This document shows positions 47,395-57,985 of a stretch of DNA of 64,000 nucleotides, in pieces. A program made the position numbers and the translations under genes. The notes under the pieces are model-generated. The model worked only from the letters and a program-made list of their open reading frames with translations. It was not told the origin of the DNA and did not search any database. How positions within the stretch are numbered: position 1 is the stretch's first letter; every line of letters starts with the position of its first letter. This stretch comes from Marispirochaeta sp. (GTDB lineage: Bacteria; Spirochaetota; Spirochaetia; JC444; Marispirochaetaceae): positions 672,001 to 736,000 of the forward strand of contig CAXXFF010000003.1 in assembly GCA_963676835.2 (NCBI GenBank). The letters run 5' to 3'.

Positions 47395-49050
47395 ATGAAA
47401 CTTTCACCTTTGCAGGACGCCCGGTATAAATACAGCCCGAAGCTTCCTGAGATTCTTACCAAAGATGCAGCATCAATTAAAATTGAGCTTGGCGCACCCA
47501 CAGAGTCCGTTGCCGACCAGGCCGACCTGAAAGCACTTTTTGAACACACCTATGGAAAACCTGTAGCAACCATTGTTGAAGGAACCAACCCCGACGCGGG
47601 AAAAGCCATCAATGTTGGCGTAATCCTCTCCGGAGGGCAGGCTCCCGGCGGCCACAATGTAATTGCCGGTATCTTTGACGGCTTGAAGAAGCTCAACCCC
47701 CAGAACAAGCTCATCGGTTTTCTCGGCGGCCCCTCAGGACTCACAGACGACAAGACCCTGGAAATTACTCCTGCCTATATGGATGAATACCGCAATACCG
47801 GCGGTTTCGACATTATCGGTTCCGGCCGGACAAAGCTCGAATCGGAAGAGCAGTTTGATACCTGTATCAAGGTTTGTGCATCACATAACATCAGCGCCCT
47901 GGTTATCATCGGCGGAGATGACTCAAACACCAATGCTGCGGTGCTTGCGGAATACTTCAAAACGAAAAATGCTCCGGTTCAGGTAATCGGTGTTCCCAAG
48001 ACCATCGACGGTGACCTCAAGAACGAGCATATCGAGACATCCTTCGGGTTTGATACTGCAACAAAAACCTACTCCGAGCTTATTGGAAACATTCAGCGGG
48101 ATGCCAACTCTGCCAAGAAATACTGGCACTTTATCAAGCTCATGGGCCGTTCAGCCTCCCACATTGCCCTTGAATGTGCCCTGGAGACACAGCCGAATGT
48201 GACCATCATCTCTGAAGAGGTGGAAGAGAAGAAGCAGACCCTGGACCAGGTTGTCAGCGGAATTATCGAGACCATTGTAAAACGGGCAGAAAACAACGAG
48301 AATTTCGGCGTTGTGCTTGTTCCCGAGGGACTCATTGAGTTTATCCCCGAAATGGGCGCTCTTATCAGCGAACTGAACGACCTCCTGGCAGAACACGAAG
48401 CCTATTACACAACCCTTACCACTTTCGAAGATCAGTCTGAGTGGATAAACAAAAACCTGTCCAAAGACTCTTCCTACGTTTTCTCTTCACTTCCCAACAA
48501 TATTCAGCGTCAGCTGCTTATGGACAGGGACCCCCACGGAAACGTTCAGGTCTCCAGAATTGAGACAGAAAAACTGCTCATCGAAATGGTGGAAGACAAG
48601 CTCAAAGAGATGAAGGCCGAAGGCAAGTACAAGGGAAGCTTCAGCCATCAGCACCACTTCTTCGGCTATGAAGGCCGCTGTGCCTTTCCCTCGAACTTTG
48701 ATGCCGACTACTGCTATTCCCTCGGCTTCAATGCCTCTATCCTTATCGCCAATGGACTCACCGGTTATATGTCTTCCGTAAAAAACCTGTCAAAACCCGC
48801 TTCAGAGTGGATTGCCGGGGGAATTCCTGTGACCATGATGATGAACATGGAGCAGCGCCACGGAAAACAGAAACCTGTTATCCGCAAGGCCCTGGTAGAA
48901 CTCGACGGCAAACCCTTCAAGGCCTTCGCCGCATCCAGGGATGAGTGGGCGGTAAAAACATCCTTCCTCTACCCCGGTGCAATCCAGTACTACGGACCCG
49001 ATGAGGTCTGCAATCAGCCTACAGAAACTCTCAAGCTCGAACATAAATAA
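47395..49050 (+). CDS. pfp: Diphosphate-fructose-6-phosphate 1-phosphotransferase (long PPi-PFK)
   Basis: [39 protein letters not shown]. Confidence 0.96.
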   Translation: MKLSPLQDARYKYSPKLPEILTKDAASIKIELGAPTESVADQADLKALFEHTYGKPVATIVEGTNPDAGKAINVGVILSGGQAPGGHNVIAGIFDGLKKLNPQNKLIGFLGGPSGLTDDKTLEITPAYMDEYRNTGGFDIIGSGRTKLESEEQFDTCIKVCASHNISALVIIGGDDSNTNAAVLAEYFKTKNAPVQVIGVPKTIDGDLKNEHIETSFGFDTATKTYSELIGNIQRDANSAKKYWHFIKLMGRSASHIALECALETQPNVTIISEEVEEKKQTLDQVVSGIIETIVKRAENNENFGVVLVPEGLIEFIPEMGALISELNDLLAEHEAYYTTLTTFEDQSEWINKNLSKDSSYVFSSLPNNIQRQLLMDRDPHGNVQVSRIETEKLLIEMVEDKLKEMKAEGKYKGSFSHQHHFFGYEGRCAFPSNFDADYCYSLGFNASILIANGLTGYMSSVKNLSKPASEWIAGGIPVTMMMNMEQRHGKQKPVIRKALVELDGKPFKAFAASRDEWAVKTSFLYPGAIQYYGPDEVCNQPTETLKLEHK

Positions 49051-49074
49051 TGCCAGGTTGGTGGTATTGAATTC

Positions 49075-49110
49075 AGCCGGTTCCGTTTAAGTACGGGGCC
49101 GGCTTTTTTT
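49075..49110 (+). terminator. Rho-independent terminator of pfp
   Basis: AGCCGGTTCCGT-loop-ACGGGGCCGGCT followed by a T-tract. Confidence 0.8.
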
Positions 49111-49111
49111 G

Positions 49112-50047
49112 TCAGCGGATAGCACCGGGTTTGACAAGCGTGGCATTGGCGGCAGCGCAGGAGGTACCCTGCTCCAGGGCTTCGGCAAAGGTACCGCCCC
49201 GGCTGTAGACAAAGGCCAGCCCGGCGGTGAAGGCATCACCGCAGCCGATGGTGTTCAGGGGCCTGATCTCCCTGGCTGGAAGTTCATGGAAGGCTTTCCC
49301 GTCGAAGGCAAGTACCCCCCTGCTGCCCCGGGTAAGAACAGTGATGATTCCCCGGGATCTGAAGAGCTCTTCCATTACCGCCTGAGCCTTCTTCAAAAGC
49401 TCAGGGGAATGTGCATGTTCTCCTGTATCGGACAGGGCAAGCTCCTGGGGCAGAAAAGTGGCACAGAACTCGGTAAAATTTGGTTTGATAATCAGCGGCT
49501 TTGCATTCAGAGAAAGCTCCAGATCCTTTCCCCGGATATCAAGAATAACTGTTTTCCCGGCATCCGCAGCTGTTTTTGTCATCCAGGCAAATAGTCCGTC
49601 AGAATAGCCCGGCGATTTGGTACCGGAAATGGTCAAAACCCCGCATTGGCCGATCAGCTCTGTAAAAAGCTCCCGGATTTTATCTTCAGTGCCTGCTGAA
49701 ACAGCCTCAGCCTCCTCAACCAGTTCCGTGGAGCTGCGGTTTTCATCTGACAAAACAGTTGTACAGGTACGGATCTCTGAGCCGGAATCCACCCAGCGGA
49801 CAGGGACATTATCTTCCTGTAAAAGCTCCAGAAACCTTTCCCGCATTTGCCCGCCGGCATGGGTTAAATGAAGGGCATCCCCTCCTAACTGGGTAAATAC
49901 CCGGGCGACATTCACCCCTTTCCCTGAAGCGTGGATATAGCTTCTGGAGGTGCGGTTCACCTCATTCTCCCGCCAGCGGGTAAAGCGCAGAGTCCGCTGC
50001 ATAACCGGATTAAGACAGACGGCCAGGCAGCGGCTGCCCTGATGCAC
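49112..50047 (-). CDS. PfkB-family (1-phosphofructokinase/LacC-like) sugar kinase
   Basis: CLNP, GKGVNVA, IKPN, NTIGCGDAFTAG. Confidence 0.9.
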   Translation of the reverse strand: MHQGSRCLAVCLNPVMQRTLRFTRWRENEVNRTSRSYIHASGKGVNVARVFTQLGGDALHLTHAGGQMRERFLELLQEDNVPVRWVDSGSEIRTCTTVLSDENRSSTELVEEAEAVSAGTEDKIRELFTELIGQCGVLTISGTKSPGYSDGLFAWMTKTAADAGKTVILDIRGKDLELSLNAKPLIIKPNFTEFCATFLPQELALSDTGEHAHSPELLKKAQAVMEELFRSRGIITVLTRGSRGVLAFDGKAFHELPAREIRPLNTIGCGDAFTAGLAFVYSRGGTFAEALEQGTSCAAANATLVKPGAIR

Positions 50048-51186
50048 TAAAGCTTCTCCAGAAATATTTCCAGAATCTCTTCTTTCGAAAAATCCACCGG
50101 ACTGTTCCGCTGACTGGTCTGCTCCGCAAGGGCAGCCATATCTTCCGCAGTAAAACCGTATTCACCGAAGCCCTTCAGCCCCGCTTCAGACAGCCACCCC
50201 TCTATGCGGTCCGGCAGGCCGGAAAGGGAAGACTGCAATGCTCCGGCGGTATCTTCCAGTTTACGCACCGTTTCTGTTTTTCCGTCGGCCTTTGCCTTGA
50301 GGATAATACGCCGTAAGGTTCCGGGAAGGAGCAGGCCGCAGACTATTCCATGAGGAATCTCTCTGGTTCCTCCGATAAGCCCCGCCGCACCGTGAACAAG
50401 CCCAAGGCCGGCATTGGCAATCCCAACCCCGGAACAGTAGGCGGCATAGCCCATCTGTGCCCGGGCCTCAATGCTTTCGGGGTTGCTTAAAACTTCCGAA
50501 AATCCCCGGCCTGCGGCTTCCAGGCCGGAAAGAGTAAGAGCATCGGTAAAGGGGCTTGCCTGGGTGGAATGGAATGCCTCCATAAGCTGGGACAGGGCAT
50601 CCAGACCGGCGGCGGCAGAAACCGAAACCGAAGCACTTACGGCAAGCTCCGGATCTATACAGGCAAGCCTGGGTATGTAGTTGTCATGCCGCAGGGATTT
50701 CTTGAATGACCCCACTTCACTGATAACGGAATTTTTAGTGGCTTCAGAACCGGTACCTGCCGTTGAAGGGACTGCATAAACCGGAATTGTACGTCCGCTA
50801 GGAGTTTTAGTACCTACCCCTTCGAGAAAATCCTTTACCCTGGCAGTTTCACTTTCCGATAGCATCGCCGCCGCGGCTTTACCGGCATCGAGGACAGATC
50901 CGCCCCCTACGGCCATGATCAGTTCCACAGAATGGGGACGGAAAAAATCGGTAATACCATCTACCACTGCCGGAGACGGCTCCCCGCTGACCTCAATCTC
51001 GGTAAAGGTTATTCCTGCACTCTCCAGAGCTGTTCTGAAGGAATCTCCATGTGCGTTATATACAGACCGGCCATGGACAATGCCGATCCTGCCTGCACCG
51101 GACTCTTTGATAAGCTCCGGCATTTTTCTGAACGATCCCGCCTCTATAATAAGCCGGGGTAATGATGCTGCTCGTGTTGGTTTCAT
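50047..51186 (-). CDS. Iron-containing alcohol dehydrogenase (start 51186 or 51222)
   Basis: GGGSVLDAGKA, PSTAGTGSEAT, GLVHG, HGIVC. Confidence 0.9.
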   Translation of the reverse strand: MKPTRAASLPRLIIEAGSFRKMPELIKESGAGRIGIVHGRSVYNAHGDSFRTALESAGITFTEIEVSGEPSPAVVDGITDFFRPHSVELIMAVGGGSVLDAGKAAAAMLSESETARVKDFLEGVGTKTPSGRTIPVYAVPSTAGTGSEATKNSVISEVGSFKKSLRHDNYIPRLACIDPELAVSASVSVSAAAGLDALSQLMEAFHSTQASPFTDALTLSGLEAAGRGFSEVLSNPESIEARAQMGYAAYCSGVGIANAGLGLVHGAAGLIGGTREIPHGIVCGLLLPGTLRRIILKAKADGKTETVRKLEDTAGALQSSLSGLPDRIEGWLSEAGLKGFGEYGFTAEDMAALAEQTSQRNSPVDFSKEEILEIFLEKL

Positions 51187-51263
51187 TGGTTCAGTATAGA
51201 TCGCAGATTTGCTGTCTGTCAAAAGAGGAAATTGAGGAACATGAAGAAGTGCCCATTATGTAA

Positions 51264-51959
51264 TCAGGCGTAGAGTTCGCTGCTTGCCTCGGGGGCATGA
51301 CCGGTCATTCTGGACAGATCCAGCTCAATATTAGCCACCGTTTCCTGGGCGCCGAAGGTAAAGGTAAGAGCCCCCTTGCCGGCACCCATGGTATTCAGCA
51401 TAAGACTGAGCATAACAATACCCAGCCCCGCACCTTCGGAATAATCCTCGGAAGAGTCGTAGGCGTCGGCCAGATTTTCGTATTGAGAAGCAATGGCGAG
51501 CTTCTCACGGATTCTGCGGCGCTCTTCCCTGGTGGTGGGAGTGTTATTGCGTATTTTTATATGCAGGGTCTCTTTTTTCAGACGAAAGTGAAAGAAGACA
51601 TGCAGTCCCGCTTTGCGCTGAAGATCGAGATAGTGATCGAGATGTTCAAATGTCTCTTCCCGGAAGCTGTCCATGCCGGATTCATAATCCTCGGAACTGT
51701 ACAGATTGAGGCGATTATGGTCGAAGAACACCCGTTTGGTATTGGCTTTGTGAGCATTGACAGCAAGTTCGTGAATACAGTAGGAGAGCCGGTTATCCAG
51801 CCAGAGGAGACCCAGGGAATCGAGATAACGGGTAATAACGCCGTCGATAAAATCCCTCTCCATGGTAAGATACTTGTAGGTTTTAATATTGAGAATCTGC
51901 CTGTTAGTAATGGCGTACTCAACTTTTTCGATAAAGGGGTTCAGTATTTTGCCTTCCAT
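51264..51959 (-). CDS. Stand-alone histidine-kinase-like ATPase (HATPase) domain protein
   Basis: ELAVNAHKAN (N-box) and EGAGLGI (G2-box) with no HisKA region. Confidence 0.6.
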   Translation of the reverse strand: MEGKILNPFIEKVEYAITNRQILNIKTYKYLTMERDFIDGVITRYLDSLGLLWLDNRLSYCIHELAVNAHKANTKRVFFDHNRLNLYSSEDYESGMDSFREETFEHLDHYLDLQRKAGLHVFFHFRLKKETLHIKIRNNTPTTREERRRIREKLAIASQYENLADAYDSSEDYSEGAGLGIVMLSLMLNTMGAGKGALTFTFGAQETVANIELDLSRMTGHAPEASSELYA

Positions 51960-52186
51960 GGCCGGTTCCTTTCCTTGTTATTCACTATACTGCATAATTT
52001 ACCTTATGAAAAAGAGCCTTTCACAAGGCTGATTCCATAATCACAGACCTGCCGGGCAGTTAATCACCCATTTCCCCTTTTGGTTGACCCCTGCCAGTGT
52101 CCTGCGAAAATCCTTTTCCGTTGGACAGGTATTTATACCATATGTTTTGCCTACCTGCAAGTTTCTATGCTAAAATCATTTACCAT

Positions 52187-52687
52187 ATGGAAACAAATGA
52201 TTATATCCGCCCCACCTGGGACGAATACTTTATGGAAGTCTGCGACGCAATAGCCAAACGGGCAACCTGTGACCGCGGCCGTTCAGGCTGTGTTATTGCC
52301 CGGGACCGGCAGATTCTGGTTACCGGATACGTAGGCTCCCCCACCGGCTTTCCTCACTGCGATGAAGAGGGCCACCAGTTTAAGAAGATGGTTCACGAGG
52401 ACGGCCATATTACCCAGCACTGTGTCCGTACGGTCCATGCCGAGCAGAATGCCATCTGTCAGGCTGCAAGGCGGGGAGTAAGCCTTGACGGCGCCACCCT
52501 CTACTGCAAGATGACCCCCTGCAGAACCTGCGCCATGCTGATTATCAACTGCGGAATAAAACGGGTGGTATGTAAACGCAAATACCATGCCGGAGCAGAA
52601 TCCGAGGAGTTCTTCCGGCAGGCAGGTATAAGTCTTGAATATTTCAGTGATGATGTAGAGTCCTACACCAATCAGGAAGGAAGCTGA
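52187..52687 (+). CDS. dCMP deaminase (ComEB family)
   Basis: RPTWDEYFM, HAEQNA, PCRTC. Confidence 0.92.
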   Translation: METNDYIRPTWDEYFMEVCDAIAKRATCDRGRSGCVIARDRQILVTGYVGSPTGFPHCDEEGHQFKKMVHEDGHITQHCVRTVHAEQNAICQAARRGVSLDGATLYCKMTPCRTCAMLIINCGIKRVVCKRKYHAGAESEEFFRQAGISLEYFSDDVESYTNQEGS

Positions 52688-52733
52688 AGACTGAAGCTGT
52701 AAGCTGTAAGAGAGAAAAAAGGCGGCTGTAGAA

Positions 52734-53033
52734 TCAGGGCAGAAGAATCTTTCTTTTCTCCGGGTCCTTGCACGGGCGGAAATAAACCGCAATATTGCCG
52801 ATTATCCTTACCAGTGAGGCATCGAGAGCCTCAGATAGCTGAGGGGCTATCTCTTTCCGTTCTTCCTTGAACTCGATAAACTTCAGTTTTACCAGTTCAT
52901 GATCCTCCAGGGCTTTATCGAGGGCGCGGATCATGCTGTCCGTAGGCCCTTCCTTGCCGAGCATAACCACCGGCTTAAGGCTTGATGCCTTTGAGCTCAA
53001 GAATTTTCTCTGAGCACTGTTTAATTCCTGCAT
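52734..53033 (-). CDS. yhbY: YhbY/CRM RNA-binding protein
   Basis: LKPVVMLGKEG, HELVKLK, IIGNIAVYFR. Confidence 0.9.
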   Translation of the reverse strand: MQELNSAQRKFLSSKASSLKPVVMLGKEGPTDSMIRALDKALEDHELVKLKFIEFKEERKEIAPQLSEALDASLVRIIGNIAVYFRPCKDPEKRKILLP

Positions 53034-53043
53034 TGTAATCTGT

Positions 53044-54252
53044 TTATCTCCATGAGCCGCTCTCGGACCGTGCCTGCCGGGGAGGCTCTGCATGTATGTA
53101 ATCCGGAAAAATAACCGGAATCCAACCCGCCGGATCTGCCATATTCCGGTCGATAAGACCTATTGCCACGTCATCCGTAAGTTCCGCCACCAGATAGGGA
53201 GTTCCGTCAACAGTGATCCGGGCGCCATTGCCGGGAACATCAACTGCCCCCATGGCATGGCCGTACTTCTCGGAGACAAGGAGAATAGCGTCAATATCAA
53301 ATGAATGCAAGATGAGCGCATAGAGCAGGCCCAGGGAATCACAATCTCCTGCACGGGAGATAACCGCCTGCAGTGGATCGAGGAAATCACTCAACGTGCC
53401 TGAACGCTTATAGGTAAACTGCTGCAGCCAGCTTAAAAGCTCCCTAGCTATGCGGGAGGCCTCCTCCGGCCCGGGATTATCCGGATAGACCGTATGCAGA
53501 TGACTGATAAGAGGCTCCACTCCGGCCAGCGCATCACGATAGAGCATACGGTAGAAACGGGTCCAGGCTGTTACCGTAGCGGTAACACTGAGTATGCGCG
53601 CCTCCCTTTCGGAGACATAGCAGGCAGACTCAACCAGGCCCGAATCGAGTTCGATGGTAAAATTAATTCCCCCTGCAGTCACCCCCACTGCTGCCGGCTT
53701 ACCCGCAGAAAAAAGCCGGTCAAAAAAAGCCACCGGCCCGGGGAGTCTGTTACAGCTCGGGTCCGGAGAGTAGGAATCTAGGGCTGAGAGAATAAAGTCG
53801 TTGTAGGCAGGCAGATCGGTGGCTTCACTGAAGCCTAAAAGCACAACCGGATCTGTTTCAGATTCAGCCTGAGGGAGTGTTGCTAAAAGATAGCCGGAAA
53901 AATCGAAGCCCCCGGCGGAAAACTCAACAGTGCCGAAGTATGATTCGGTTGAACCATAGGTGAAGAGCGATCCATCTCCATGGGCATCGATTTTAGATGC
54001 AGCCCGGTTGACCAGGTTCTCGATGGAAGTTTCCCCGGGAAAACGCTTTATCTGAAGAAACGCCTTCTGCCCGCCGATTTCCCAGGTAAGCTTTTCATCC
54101 TCACTGCCCAGTTCGGCCCAGCCTTCGGGCATATCGATAAAATTACCGAAAGCTCCAAGCCCGAGGGGTGCCGCTCCTGCAGGTATGAGAAGGATAAAAA
54201 GAACGATAAAAATTACAGGTAGATTACAACGATAACAGGTTCTGCATCTCAA
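53044..54252 (-). CDS. Exported protein with a C-terminal transglutaminase-like domain
   Basis: Signal-like N-terminus; GDCDS...GHAMGAV...YLVAELT putative Cys-His-Glu triad. Confidence 0.65.
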   Translation of the reverse strand: MRCRTCYRCNLPVIFIVLFILLIPAGAAPLGLGAFGNFIDMPEGWAELGSEDEKLTWEIGGQKAFLQIKRFPGETSIENLVNRAASKIDAHGDGSLFTYGSTESYFGTVEFSAGGFDFSGYLLATLPQAESETDPVVLLGFSEATDLPAYNDFILSALDSYSPDPSCNRLPGPVAFFDRLFSAGKPAAVGVTAGGINFTIELDSGLVESACYVSEREARILSVTATVTAWTRFYRMLYRDALAGVEPLISHLHTVYPDNPGPEEASRIARELLSWLQQFTYKRSGTLSDFLDPLQAVISRAGDCDSLGLLYALILHSFDIDAILLVSEKYGHAMGAVDVPGNGARITVDGTPYLVAELTDDVAIGLIDRNMADPAGWIPVIFPDYIHAEPPRQARSESGSWR

Positions 54253-55607
54253 CTTTCGGCTCCCTCCCGGGCATCGATTGACCGGCGGATACTGGTGTAC
54301 CGTTCTTCATTTATCGGATAAAAAAGAAGAACTATAACCGCCAGCACAAAGAAGACCGCCGGCACAGGCCCGAGGAGAAGCTTTATAGCGCCTATGGCCT
54401 TCTCTTCCTGCACCGCATTTTCCACAAAGCCTGAAAGCTCAAGCATCCAGCCCATAAGACCCACTGCAAGGCCCTGCCCCGCCTTGGTAAGGAAGGTCCA
54501 GTTGCCGTAAAAAGCCCCCTCTTTGCGCACCCCGGTTTTAAGGTAATCCTCATCAATGGCATCGGGAACCATGGCAAAGGGTGTGGGAAACACAAAACCG
54601 TTGCCGATCCCTGCCAGGGCAAAGATTATCAGGGAGCCCGAGAGCCCCACCCCGGGTCCGGCAAAGTAGAAAACAAAGAGCATGACAGCAAGAATAGCCA
54701 GACCGATGGCATAGGTCGCCTTTTTACCGATTTTTTTCGAGACAACTACGCTCAAGGGTACCGATGGAATCGAGACAACCAGCAGCAGTCCCAGAGCGGA
54801 GCCGGTGGCTGCTTCATCTCCAAAGATGTATTTGTAATAGTAGACCATTATGCCCGTAACAATGGTGATGGCAAAGATATGCAGTACATAGGCAAAGGTT
54901 ATTAGCAGGTAAGCAGGAGATTTAAAAACCTCCAGATAGGATGCGGCAATACCCTTGCCCCTGGTTGTTTCAGCCGGGGGCCTGAGAGGTTCCCGTACAG
55001 AGAGAAAGGTAATAAGAGCGGTTACCGCCATAATGGCCCCGAAAAGAATGCCCACAACTGAGTAGCCTCTGCGGGGATCAGCAAAGGCATCCCGTATAGG
55101 CAGCACAGCCACGGCCCCGAGCAAAGTGCCTACCAGGGCAAACACAAAGCGGTAGCCATTGAGACTGCTCCGTTCTTTGTAATCCTGTGTGAGATCCGGC
55201 GTAAGGGCTGTATAGGGAACAATAACCACCGTATAGGCAGTACCTAACAGGCAGTAGGCAATGAGGGCCCACCAGAAAAGCCCCTGCTGGGAGCTTACAT
55301 ATCCCGGAGCGGAGAACATGAATATCATTGCCGCCGCAAGAGGCAGGGCACCGAAAAGCAGCCATGGACGACGCCGGCCCCATCGGCTGACGGTACGGTC
55401 ACTGAGAATCCCCACGGCGGGATCGGTTATGGCATCCCAGATCTTTCCCACAAGAACCACCGTTCCGGCAAGGGCTGCTGAAAGATGAACGGTATCGGTA
55501 AGAAAGTTAAGCAGCCAGAAGGCGATTACGGTAAAATAGAGGTTTCCCCCGAGATCACAGACTCCGAAGCCTGCTTTGGCGGCAATACTCAGTCGTTTTT
55601 CACTCAT
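54249..55607 (-). CDS. Glycoside-pentoside-hexuronide:cation symporter (MelB-like MFS)
   Basis: WDAITDP, SRWGRRRPW, PYTALTPDLT...ERSSL. Confidence 0.92.
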   Translation of the reverse strand: MSEKRLSIAAKAGFGVCDLGGNLYFTVIAFWLLNFLTDTVHLSAALAGTVVLVGKIWDAITDPAVGILSDRTVSRWGRRRPWLLFGALPLAAAMIFMFSAPGYVSSQQGLFWWALIAYCLLGTAYTVVIVPYTALTPDLTQDYKERSSLNGYRFVFALVGTLLGAVAVLPIRDAFADPRRGYSVVGILFGAIMAVTALITFLSVREPLRPPAETTRGKGIAASYLEVFKSPAYLLITFAYVLHIFAITIVTGIMVYYYKYIFGDEAATGSALGLLLVVSIPSVPLSVVVSKKIGKKATYAIGLAILAVMLFVFYFAGPGVGLSGSLIIFALAGIGNGFVFPTPFAMVPDAIDEDYLKTGVRKEGAFYGNWTFLTKAGQGLAVGLMGWMLELSGFVENAVQEEKAIGAIKLLLGPVPAVFFVLAVIVLLFYPINEERYTSIRRSIDAREGAES

Positions 55608-55670
55608 ACCCGTATCATATACCCCGTAAGGCAAGGGGACAAGCTGACTTTGCGGAAGGGACTATGAGGA

Positions 55671-56564
55671 TCAGGAATAGTGCCGCAGAATAGAGAGCAC
55701 AGAAGAGTAGTAGGAACCGCCGAACATATTCAGATGATTCAGCAGATGGTAGAGATTGTAGGCATCTTTCCGTTCGGAAAACCCCGGCTCCATGGGCCAG
55801 ATTTCGTTATATGCGGCAATGAGCCGGGGACTGAAGCCGCCGAAAAGCTCAGTCATGGCAAGATCCGCTTCACGATGACCGTAGTATACCGCAGGATCTA
55901 TCAGCACCGGCATACCGGTATCATCAACCATGTAGTTACCGCCCCAGAGATCACCGTGCAGCAGGGACGATGCATCGGGCTCCGGAAGAATCTTCCCAAT
56001 ACGCCGAATAAATTGTTCGCCCGCCTTGAGCAGCACCCCGTCGGCACTGCCGTTTTTTCGGGCAAGATCCAGCTGAAAGCCGATTCTTTTCTGTGCAAAA
56101 AAATCGAGCCAGCTCCCATTCCATCCGTTGGGCTGTACAGTGGCACCGATATGGTTATCTTCGTTGAAGCCGAAGCCTTTGCTCTGGCTTTTCCGGTGGA
56201 TGGCCGCCAGTCCTTCCGCAAAGCTGTCCCAGAAGGAAGCGTCTTTGCTGCCCCCGGGGATGTACTCCAGAATAAGGATCTGTTCAGACCCGTCCTGATG
56301 AACCCCCAGAACCTCCGGAACCCTCAAGCCCCCGGCAGACCCCAGGGCGGTAAGCCCCTCAGCCTCTTCACGGAAAAGCCCCTGCAGCCGGGCACTGTTC
56401 CGCTTGAGGAAGATGTACTCTCCCCCGGTTAGCTCAAGAAGCTCCGCCTGGTTGATATCACCCCCGGAAACGGACTTGCGGGAGAGTATTTCCCGGCTGC
56501 CACTGATTTCCATAATCCTTGCGGCGAGATATTCTCCACAGGTCCCGGTAAAATTCCCGGTCAC
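55671..56564 (-). CDS. Fructosamine/ketosamine kinase family protein
   Basis: GGDIN, LLHGDLWGGN, IDPAVYYGHREADLAMTELFGGF. Confidence 0.93.
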   Translation of the reverse strand: MTGNFTGTCGEYLAARIMEISGSREILSRKSVSGGDINQAELLELTGGEYIFLKRNSARLQGLFREEAEGLTALGSAGGLRVPEVLGVHQDGSEQILILEYIPGGSKDASFWDSFAEGLAAIHRKSQSKGFGFNEDNHIGATVQPNGWNGSWLDFFAQKRIGFQLDLARKNGSADGVLLKAGEQFIRRIGKILPEPDASSLLHGDLWGGNYMVDDTGMPVLIDPAVYYGHREADLAMTELFGGFSPRLIAAYNEIWPMEPGFSERKDAYNLYHLLNHLNMFGGSYYSSVLSILRHYS

Positions 56565-57055
56565 AGGTCGTACCCGTTTCTCTCCAGGTAATCCAGCAGG
56601 CCGTCAACAGTGCGGTCAACCATTTCGTAGACCCGGGTAAATCCCTCACTGCCGCCGTAGTAGGGATCGGGAACTTCACCTGTACCCTCGGGATCAAAGT
56701 CCCGGAAAAGCCGGATCCTGCCGGCATATTCAGCATAACCGTTTACCGCAGACCGCTGCATTTCCCTTATGTGGGATCTGGACATCCCGAAAAGGAGATC
56801 ATACTCTTCAAGATCCTGAGGAAAGAACTGTCTGGCTCTGTTTCTGCTTCGTACCCCGTGGCGGGAAAGTTCCGCTCCCATCCTGTAATCCACAGGCTCA
56901 CCCACGTGATAGGCGGTGGTGCCCGACGAGGCAACCTCAATAAGGTCGGCAAGCCCCCGTTCGGACAGTTTATGTTCAAGTACAGCATGAGCAGCAGGTG
57001 ACCGGCAGATATTACCGGTGCAGACAAACATGATTTTAAGCTTTTTCTTTTTCAT
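56561..57055 (-). CDS. Low-molecular-weight protein-tyrosine phosphatase
   Basis: CTGNICRS P-loop, DPYYG. Confidence 0.95.
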   Translation of the reverse strand: MKKKKLKIMFVCTGNICRSPAAHAVLEHKLSERGLADLIEVASSGTTAYHVGEPVDYRMGAELSRHGVRSRNRARQFFPQDLEEYDLLFGMSRSHIREMQRSAVNGYAEYAGRIRLFRDFDPEGTGEVPDPYYGGSEGFTRVYEMVDRTVDGLLDYLERNGYDL

Positions 57056-57123
57056 GGAATCTAAAAAGTACCAAAAGCGCCACCCAATGTTAAGACAGCA
57101 GATGGATATGCGGTATCGGCCTG

Positions 57124-57867
57124 TCAGCTCCCGGAGAGAATGGAATCCCCCGGAATAAAAGAGAGTTCTTCCAGGGGCTTGTCGGGTGGAAGCCAGACGC
57201 CGCCGAAAGGGCTGTATTCCAGGGGTGAGTAGCCGGCCTTGTAGGCCATGGACCGGTTACCATGAACATAGAACCCGAGATAAACCCGCTCAAGATTTTC
57301 ACGGACTGCAGCCTGCAGCAGCTTTAAAACCGCCAGCTTTCCGGGACTTGCCCAGCCGTAGTCTGTATCATTGTAGTAGGTGTAAACAGCAGAAAGGCTC
57401 TCTCCCGTCCTGTCAAAATGTGAGACACAAACAAGAGTATCCCCGTCCCGGATAGTCAGAATACCTGCGGCCGGATGGGGAGCGAAAAAACTCTCCCGGA
57501 ACACCTCTATGCTGCTGGATTCAGTGTCATCAAAGCGTTTTTTATGATTTGTATAGAGTCTGAACGCCTCTGCAGTATCGGGTATCTCATCAAATGAGAT
57601 TTGAAGATCCGATGCCTTGTTCAAAACCCTGCGCCATGACCGGCGGCTCTCCGGAGGCTCCGCGCCGATTCTCACAGGAACACAGGCGGTACAGCTTCCA
57701 CAGGCCGGACGGAAATAATAGGCGCCGAAATGCCGGTAGCCGTAAGCAAGCAGGATCTCATGTTCCTCCGGAGTAACTTTAGAGACAAGAAACTGCTCCA
57801 TAATTGTTCTTTGCCCGGAAATGTACGGACAAGGGTATTCACTCTTTTCAAGCAGTACAGCTTGCAC
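57124..57867 (-). CDS. Arginyl-tRNA-protein transferase / Bpt aminoacyl-transferase
   Basis: CPYI, GYRHFG...RPACGSCTACVPVR, SAVYTYY, YLGFYV...MAYK. Confidence 0.88.
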   Translation of the reverse strand: MQAVLLEKSEYPCPYISGQRTIMEQFLVSKVTPEEHEILLAYGYRHFGAYYFRPACGSCTACVPVRIGAEPPESRRSWRRVLNKASDLQISFDEIPDTAEAFRLYTNHKKRFDDTESSSIEVFRESFFAPHPAAGILTIRDGDTLVCVSHFDRTGESLSAVYTYYNDTDYGWASPGKLAVLKLLQAAVRENLERVYLGFYVHGNRSMAYKAGYSPLEYSPFGGVWLPPDKPLEELSFIPGDSILSGS

Positions 57868-57985
57868 GGGAACTCCTTGGATATGACCTGATTATAAAAC
57901 AGAGACTTCTATAATGTCGCCGAAGGAGAAAAAAAAGTGTACATTATTGCTCAGTAATTTTTTTAGAGCCCATTCGGAGTTGCAT

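Noticed and set aside
52680..52712. Short repeats gaagctgaagactgaagctgtaagctgtaag (similarly ctctcaaac x2 near 33476)
   Set aside because: Low-complexity and too short to support a function
57868..57985. SAM riboswitch or T-box upstream of metA (also checked upstream of asnS)
   Set aside because: No conserved riboswitch or T-box motifs visible; the leader is short
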